This document shows, in pieces, positions 57,399 through 64,000 of a stretch of 64,000 nt of DNA. The position numbers and the translations under genes are program-made. Under the pieces are notes generated by a model. It did not search any database. It worked only from the letters and a program-made list of their open reading frames with translations, and was not told where the DNA came from. This stretch comes from an uncultured Verrucomicrobiae bacterium (GTDB lineage: Bacteria > Verrucomicrobiota > Verrucomicrobiia > Chthoniobacterales > Chthoniobacteraceae), in NCBI GenBank assembly GCA_963836755.1, contig CAWIKF010000002.1, positions 1,088,001-1,152,000 of the forward strand, in the 5' to 3' direction. Each line of letters starts with the position of its first letter. Within the stretch, counting starts at the first letter, position 1.

Positions 57399-59853
57399 AT
57401 GAACCTCCGATTTTTCGTTGTCTGTATCGCCTTTGCTGTTGCCGGCGCCGCGCCTCATCTCGCCGCTGCGGAGGCGTCGCCGCACGAGCATCTTTCGCTC
57501 GACGCGAACTGGAGATTCCACCTCGGCGATGACTGGCCGGACGCGCTTTATCTCAACAAGGCCGGCGTCAATAAAGGGCCGGCTGCGGCGAACTTTGACG
57601 ACACCGCGTGGCGGACGATCCACCTGCCGCACGACTGGGCGGTCGAGTTGCCGTTCGACCCGGCGGCGGATCCGGGGCACGGGTTCAAGCCGGTCGGCCC
57701 CGGATTTCCGCGGACAAGCGTCGCCTGGTATCGCCGGACATTTGAGCTGCCGGAGAGCGACAACGGGAAGCGGTTCTGGCTGCAATTTGACGGCGCGTTT
57801 CGCGACGTGACGGTTTACGTCAACGGCTGGTTCGTCGGGCATTACGAGAGCGGCTATTATCCCTTCCGCGCGGACATCAGCGATCTCGTCCGCTTTGGCA
57901 AAAAGAACACGATTGCCGTGCGCGTGGATGCGAGCCGGTTCGAGGGATGGTTTTACGAAGGCGCGGGGATTTACCGGCACGTCTGGCTCGATAAAGCCGA
58001 GCCGGTCGCGATCGCAGCCGACGGCATTTTTGTTTACAGCAAGTTCGCCAAGAATGTGCCCGAGGGTGCAGCGGAGTTGCATGCGGAGGTGCGGTTGGTT
58101 AACGCGCTCGACAAGCCGGCGGAGGCGAGTGTGGTGCAAACTTTTTTTGATCCGAACGGGAAGCGAGTCGGCGAGATGAAGGAACAGGTGAACCTGGAGC
58201 CGCTCTCGCAAAAAGATTTCACATCCGATGCGGCAAATCAGCATCTCGCGCTGGACAAATACGAACTCTGGTCGCCGGAAACGCCGCGGCTCTACAAGCT
58301 GGTCACAACCGTGTCGGTCGGCGGCAAAGTCGTCGATCGGCAGGAGACGGCGTTTGGCATTCGCACGGCGACCTTTGATGCAAAAGAGGGATTTCTCCTC
58401 AACGGCAAACACTACGAAATCTGCGGCACCTGCAATCATCAGGATCACGCGGGAGTCGGCGCGGCATTGCCGGACGCGCTGCAATATTTTCGTATCGCGA
58501 AGCTCAAGGAATTCAGCAACGCGTATCGAACCGCGCACAATCCGCCGACGCCGGAACTGCTCGATGCGTGCGACCAGATCGGCATGCTGGTGATGGATGA
58601 GAGCCGGACGCTCGGCAGCGACGAGGCAAATATTCATCGCTGGGAATCGCAGGTGCGGCGCGACCGCAATCACCCGAGCGTAGCCTTCTGGAGCCTTTGC
58701 AATGAGGAGCCGATGCAGACCGATGCGAATGGCGGCAAGGTCGGCGGATCGATGCAGGCGCTGGTCAAGAAGCTCGACCCGACGCGAGCCGTCACGGCGG
58801 CCGAAAATGTGGGCGATGTTTACACCGGCCTCGAGAGCACGCTCGAAGTGCGCGGCTGGAACTACAACATTACGCCGGAGCGTGCGGTCCAGGTGGGAGC
58901 GTATCGCGCGAAACATCCCAACCAGCCGAACCTCGGTAGCGAGCAGGGGGCCAATCGCGGCACGCGCGGAATTTACACCAGCGACGCGGCGAAAGGCTGG
59001 GTTAGTTGCCGGCCCGGCAACATCGAAAGATGGTGGCCATTTTTTGCCGACCGTCCGTGGCTCAGCGGCGCCTTTGACTGGACGGGCTTTGACTACCGCG
59101 GAGAACCGACGCCGTATCATTGGCCCTGCATCAGCTCGAGCCCCGGGATTTTGGACACGTGCGGCTTCCCGAAGGACAACTTTTATTATTTCCAATCCTG
59201 GTGGACGAATAAGCCAGTGTTGCATCTCGAGCCGCATTGGAACTGGCCGGGCAAAGAAGGTCAGGAAATTGAAGTGGATGCGTTGAGCAACGCGCCGGAG
59301 GTCGAACTTTTCCTCAATGGCGAAAGCCTCGGTCGCAAACCGGTGCCGCGTAACTATCACGCCACGTGGCAGGTGAAATACGCGCCGGGAACTTTGAGCG
59401 CGAAGGGTTACGACAACGGTAAGGTCGTCTCGGAAACCAAGGTCGAGACGACCGGCCTAGCCGGCGTCGGTGGAGTTGACGCCCGACCGATCGAAGATCA
59501 ACGCCAACGGCGAGGATCTGAGCGTTTTCACCGTGTCGGTGAAGGATGAGAAAGGCCGCGTCGTGCCGACTGCGATGAACGCGATCCATTTCCAACTCGA
59601 AGGCGCAGGAAACATCATCGGCGTCGGCAACGGCGACCCGAGTTGTCACGAGCCGGATACCTATGTGGCGCAAGCGCCCGTGATGCAGCCGTCGCCGTGG
59701 GTGCGAAGCGTCTTCAACGGCTTCGCGCAAGTCATCGTGCAATCGACGAAAGAGCCCGGCACTCTCACGCTCACCGCGATCAGCGAGGGATTGAAATCCG
59801 CCACCGTCTCAGTGCAAAGCCAGCCGTGCACTCCGCGCCCGAGCGTGCCGTGA
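57399..59853 (+). pseudogene. GH2 beta-galactosidase split by a +1 frameshift near 59457-59460
   Basis: LPHDWAVELPF, WFYEGAGIYRHVWL, NHQDHAGVG, RTAHNPP, RDRNHPS..WSLCNEE, WTGFDYRGEPTP. The C-terminal domain (PASVELTPDR...GVGNGDP) continues in another frame. Confidence 0.85.
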
Positions 59854-59873
59854 CAACACGAAGATTTTTCCCA

Positions 59874-62192
59874 ATGAGAGCCAGTTTCGTGGCGATGATG
59901 TTCGCAGCCGTTGCGTTGACGGCAAAACTTTCCGCGGACGAAGCGCCGGGGAATTCGGCTTTTCGCACCATCTTCACGAAACCGCCGCAGCCGCTGCCGC
60001 TTTACGAGCAGATCGACTCGCCATTGATGGGAAATGGCGACATGGCCGCCGCGATCTGCGGCAATCCGGAAAACCAGCAGTTCTGGCTCAGCAAAAATGA
60101 CCTGTGGGAATTGCGTCCGGTCTGGTGCATGAGCGGCCCGCGCCCGTTCGGCCATCTCGACATCCAGATTCCGCAGCTCAAGAACGCGAGCTATCACGTG
60201 GAGCAAGATTTGTTCGACGCAACGACGGTCGCGACTTTTAAAACAGGCAAATCGAGCGTGAAGATGCGTTCATGGGTTTCGGCAACGGAGAATTTTCTCG
60301 TGGTCGAACTGAGTTGCGCAGGGGCGCCGGTGAGCGGCGATGTGCGGATGTGGATTCCCGCGAAGGCCAGAACCACGCCGCAGTCCGATCATCGCCCGAA
60401 ACACGGGACGGCCGATGATTGGGTGGGAGCGCCCGCCGCGCCGGTGAAGGAAAATGGCCACGGAACTTTCTCCGGCGTGAGAGCTTTCGTCGAAAATGTC
60501 GAAGTCCCCGCCGCGGTCGCCTGTGCGTTCCGATTGCAAGGCGGGGAAGGGGAGCATTTCACCCTGCGACCGGGAAAAGCGGTGGTGCTCGTCGCGGCAA
60601 TGAGGAGTTTGCGTCAAAGTAAAAACTATCTTCCCGAAGCGATTGCATGTGCGACCTCCGTGACGTCGGCCGATTTGACGAAACTTTACGCCGCGCATCA
60701 AAAATGGTGGCGCGGATTTTGGGCGAAGTCATCGGTCGAACTGGGCGATCCCGAGTTGGAATGGCGATACCATGTTTCCAACTACATCCTCGGCTCCTGC
60801 AGCCGCGACCCGGAATATCCGCCCGGCATCGCGGGCACGTGGGTCACGACCGATCAGCCGATGTGGACCGGCGCCTACACGCTCAATTACAACCACGAGG
60901 CCTGCTTTTACGGCCTTTATTCCAGCAATCACATCGAGCAGGCCGATCCCGAGGACGCGCCGATCCTGGATTTCAGGAAGCGCGGCGAATTTTACGCCGA
61001 GGTTGTTTTCAAATGCCGCGGGGTGCTTTATCCCGTCAAAATCGGCCCTGTCGGAGTCGAGACTACCGGCGATTCTCTCCATCCGAATATCGTCACACGG
61101 CCCAACGACGCGCCGTGGCTTCGGCAGAAAGGCGGACTTTTTCTCGGACAAAAAAGCGACGCCGCGTTTGGAGCGATGGATATGGCGCAGCGTTGGTTTA
61201 CGACGCGCGACCCGGCTTATGCTGAAAAAGTGTATCCGTTCGTTCGCGACGTGGCGCGGTTTTGGGAGGATTATTTAAAGTTCGAGCCGACCCCGCCCGC
61301 AATGATCAAGGCGACGGCGAATTTGCCCGAGCTTTTGCGACAACCCGCCGACGGCCGGTATGTGATTTACAACGACGGCGCGAACGAAGGCGGCCAGGAC
61401 ACGAATCCGACCTTGTCTCTGGCGATGTTGCGGACGGTTTTGAAACTCGCGACCGACCTGAGCAGCGAGTTGAACGTTGACGCGAAGGAACGGGAGAAAT
61501 GGCATTACATTCTCGCCCACCTGAGCGGCTATTCGACGCGGGAGGTCGATGGCAGAGTTATCTTTGCCCGCACGGAGAAAGATAATCCGCAAAGGACGGG
61601 GCATCATGGCTTCGGTTCCAGTATCAGTCCGATTTATCCGTCGGGCACGATCGGCCTCGGGAGTGATCCGAGGTTGCTCGAGATCGCGCGCAACACCATT
61701 TCGCAGCAGAACCAATGGGTTTCGACGAACAGCGAATCGGGTTTTTTCCCGGCCTCGGTTCGCGTCGGATACAACGCCGACATCGTTTTTAAAAAGCTTC
61801 ACGAAATGGTTTTTCAAGCCAACGGCGTCGTGTCGAATCCGATGCACATGCTGGAGAACAGCAGCATCGTTCCGAACACCGTCGACGAAATGCTGATGCA
61901 GAGCCACGAGGGAATCATCCGGTTGTTCCCCGTCTGGCCGAGGCAACACGATGCGCGATTTCACACGCTGCGGGCGTATGGAGCTTTCCTGGTCAGCGCG
62001 CGGCTCACGAACGGCAGGACGGCAGATGTCTCGATTCTGAGTGAAAAAGGAATGCCGTGCGTCGTGCAAAATCCTTGGCCCGGCTCTCGCGTATCCGTGA
62101 TCTGCAACGGCGAGACTCGGAATCTTGCGGGTGCAAAGCTCAGTTTTAAGACATCGCCCGGCGACCTGATCAAACTCGTCCCGGTGGAATAA
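59874..62192 (+). CDS. secreted GH95-like glycoside hydrolase
   Basis: Signal peptide, PLMGNGDM, YTLNYN, C-terminal EMLMQSHEGIIRLFPVWP and LRAYGAFLVSA. Confidence 0.72.
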   Translation: MRASFVAMMFAAVALTAKLSADEAPGNSAFRTIFTKPPQPLPLYEQIDSPLMGNGDMAAAICGNPENQQFWLSKNDLWELRPVWCMSGPRPFGHLDIQIPQLKNASYHVEQDLFDATTVATFKTGKSSVKMRSWVSATENFLVVELSCAGAPVSGDVRMWIPAKARTTPQSDHRPKHGTADDWVGAPAAPVKENGHGTFSGVRAFVENVEVPAAVACAFRLQGGEGEHFTLRPGKAVVLVAAMRSLRQSKNYLPEAIACATSVTSADLTKLYAAHQKWWRGFWAKSSVELGDPELEWRYHVSNYILGSCSRDPEYPPGIAGTWVTTDQPMWTGAYTLNYNHEACFYGLYSSNHIEQADPEDAPILDFRKRGEFYAEVVFKCRGVLYPVKIGPVGVETTGDSLHPNIVTRPNDAPWLRQKGGLFLGQKSDAAFGAMDMAQRWFTTRDPAYAEKVYPFVRDVARFWEDYLKFEPTPPAMIKATANLPELLRQPADGRYVIYNDGANEGGQDTNPTLSLAMLRTVLKLATDLSSELNVDAKEREKWHYILAHLSGYSTREVDGRVIFARTEKDNPQRTGHHGFGSSISPIYPSGTIGLGSDPRLLEIARNTISQQNQWVSTNSESGFFPASVRVGYNADIVFKKLHEMVFQANGVVSNPMHMLENSSIVPNTVDEMLMQSHEGIIRLFPVWPRQHDARFHTLRAYGAFLVSARLTNGRTADVSILSEKGMPCVVQNPWPGSRVSVICNGETRNLAGAKLSFKTSPGDLIKLVPVE

Positions 62193-62253
62193 GCGCGAAG
62201 TTTGCGGAAAAAAGTTTCTCTCTTTTTCGCAAAGAGAAACATAGTTTTTCGCG

Positions 62254-62517
62254 ATGAAATTCACATCTCCCCTCGCCATCGGCGTTGCGCTTTTATGCGT
62301 TGGCTGTTCCGAGTCCAAGAAGCCTTTGGACACGGGCAACGCCGTCTCGGGAACGATCTGGGATCATCCGCCGTCAGCCGGTGGCTCCAATTCGGGCTCG
62401 TCCATTTCTCAAGGAGCGCGGGTCGATGTGTATGAGAGGCTGATCATTGTTTCGCTCAAAGACGGCAGTCGGCAGGTGGTGCCGATGGAGGACGTGACCA
62501 ACCTGAAGTTGCAGTAG
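62254..62517 (+). CDS. small hypothetical lipoprotein
   Basis: Lipobox CVGC after a hydrophobic segment. Confidence 0.65.
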   Translation: MKFTSPLAIGVALLCVGCSESKKPLDTGNAVSGTIWDHPPSAGGSNSGSSISQGARVDVYERLIIVSLKDGSRQVVPMEDVTNLKLQ

Positions 62518-62584
62518 CCTCTGCTGCGCCGATAAAGGCTTTCCAGCGGCGGCGGAAACGGGGAAGTTTTGCGCCGGCCCCGCC

Positions 62585-64000
62585 ATGACGAATTGCAAAC
62601 CTGCGCTGCTCCGTTTCGCCGGCTTCGTTGCCCGCGTGGCTTATCGCGTGTCGGCGCACGGGCTGGAGCATTTGCCGGCCGGCGGCTTCTTGCTGCTGCC
62701 GAATCATGTGACCTGGGTGGATGCGATTGTTTTACAAATGGCATGTCCGCGCCCGATCCGGTTCCTGGTCTCGGAGCCGATTTTCAATCAGCCAGCGCTG
62801 CACTGGCTGTTCCGTTTGTTGCAGGCAATCCCGATTTCGCCGCGTCACGCGAAGGACGCGGTGCGCGCCGCGGTGGAAAAAATCCGCGAGGGCGAAGTCG
62901 TCTGCATTTTTCCGGAGGGAGAATTGTCGCGCTCCGGAGTGCTGCTAAGGCTGAAGCGCGGCTATGAATTGATCGCGCGGCAGGCGGACGCGCCGGTGGT
63001 GCCGGTCTGGCTCGACCAGCTCTGGGGCTCGATCTTCTCGTTTTACGGCGGCCGCTTTTTTCGAAAAATTCCGCGCCACGTGCCGTATCCGGTGACGGTG
63101 GCGTTCGGCGCACCGCTCGTGCCCGCGGAAGCGGAAATCGCGACGGTGCGGCAGGCGTTGCTAGCGCTGGGCGAATGGTGCTACGGGCAGCGGCCGATTT
63201 TGCGCGGGCACCTGGCGGAAGCGTGTCTGCGCGGCTTGAAGCACCGGCAATTTGACATCGCGGTGATCGACGGCATCGATGGGAGCAAAACTTCGCGCGG
63301 GACAATTCTCGCTGCTGGGATCGCGTTGAGCCGGGAGTTGAAAAAAATGATCGCCAGCAAACGTGTGGCGATTGTTTTACCCGCCGGACGCGCGGCGGTG
63401 GTCGCGAATCTCGCGGTGATGCTCGCGGACAAGGTGCCGGTAAATTTGAATTTCACCGCAGGCCGCGCGGCGATCGAGGCCGCATGCCGCATCGCACAAA
63501 TCGAGCACGTCATCACGGCGGGACCGATGATGAAAAAGCTCGTCGATTTTCCATGGCCGGAGCACGTGCTGAAAATGGACGAGCTGGTCTCACCGTTGAA
63601 AAAAAAGATCATTGCGTGGCGCGCGCTCGTCGCATTGATGCCGTGGCGCGCGCTCGCGCGGATGCTCGCCATTCCAAGGCGCGGCGGGCATCGCGAGGCA
63701 GTCGTTCTTTTCACCAGCGGCAGTGCAGGAGAGCCGAAAGGAGTGGTGCTCAGCCATCGCAACCTGCTGGCGAATGTATCGCAGTTTGCATTGATGCTGA
63801 GCATGTCGCGCGGCGACTCAATTCTCGCGTGCCTGCCGTTTTTTCATTCGTTCGGCTGCACGGTCACGCTTTGGTTTCCGCTCATTGAAACCATCCGGAT
63901 CGTCACGTATCCGAACCCGCTCGACGTTTCGAAAAATGCGGAGTTGATCGAGCGCCACGGCGTGACGCTGTTGCTTTCGACGCCAACTTTTCTCCGCGCA
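62585..64000 (+). CDS. Aas-like acyltransferase/acyl-ACP synthetase (3' end runs off the window)
   Basis: Not in the ORF track. Manual translation gives PNHVTWVD, IFPEGELSR (PlsC) and LFTSGSAGEPKGVVLSHRN (AMP-binding). Confidence 0.9.
   Translation, partial: MTNCKPALLRFAGFVARVAYRVSAHGLEHLPAGGFLLLPNHVTWVDAIVLQMACPRPIRFLVSEPIFNQPALHWLFRLLQAIPISPRHAKDAVRAAVEKIREGEVVCIFPEGELSRSGVLLRLKRGYELIARQADAPVVPVWLDQLWGSIFSFYGGRFFRKIPRHVPYPVTVAFGAPLVPAEAEIATVRQALLALGEWCYGQRPILRGHLAEACLRGLKHRQFDIAVIDGIDGSKTSRGTILAAGIALSRELKKMIASKRVAIVLPAGRAAVVANLAVMLADKVPVNLNFTAGRAAIEAACRIAQIEHVITAGPMMKKLVDFPWPEHVLKMDELVSPLKKKIIAWRALVALMPWRALARMLAIPRRGGHREAVVLFTSGSAGEPKGVVLSHRNLLANVSQFALMLSMSRGDSILACLPFFHSFGCTVTLWFPLIETIRIVTYPNPLDVSKNAELIERHGVTLLLSTPTFLRA

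Noticed and set aside
56283..59360. 1025-aa minus-strand ORF as one protein
   Set aside because: The upstream ~680 codons are the antisense shadow of the GH2 gene. The real protein starts at ATG 57323 with a signal peptide.
59457..59460. IS excision footprint at CTAG
   Set aside because: The net change is about +1 bp with no duplicated target, and no transposase was seen in the window.
53044..62517. Prophage, ICE, DGR or retron
   Set aside because: No integrase, phage structural, conjugation or reverse transcriptase gene, and no TR/VR-like repeat pair was noticed.
1..64000. Many long overlapping or antisense ORFs in the track (e.g. 8691-10067, 26067-27698, 49436-50719)
   Set aside because: They overlap well-supported genes and have Arg-rich shadow composition typical of high-GC DNA.

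Overview
GC-rich bacterial chromosome segment. Gene families and order suggest Verrucomicrobiota, probably Chthoniobacterales-like (inference). Most of it is housekeeping: pgl, fabG, glgC, fba, pyrF, treY, a PhoB/PhoR-like pair, infC, thrS, cutA, a sigma54 two-component pair, xseB, dxs, nadA, fabD, uvrC, exbBD-TPR, comEC, trmB, a Bat (VWA) operon and an aas-like gene. Two accessory-looking slots interrupt it. The first is a compositionally mosaic thrS with a 73-aa insertion, followed by an LRR gene (~16.4-20.3 kb). The second is an island at ~53.1-62.5 kb, sitting where a MoxR gene would usually precede the Bat operon. It holds a pepsin-like aspartic protease, glycoside hydrolases (GH130, a frameshifted GH2, a GH95-like gene, a GH27 remnant) and the most unusual element: an indel-free, degenerate array of 16 x 21-bp units (54911-55246), interrupted by stops in all six frames, just upstream of an uncharacterised Ala-rich helical protein gene. 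No rRNA, tRNA, CRISPR, integrase, transposase or reverse transcriptase was recognised. All calls come from motif recognition by eye and start codons are best estimates.
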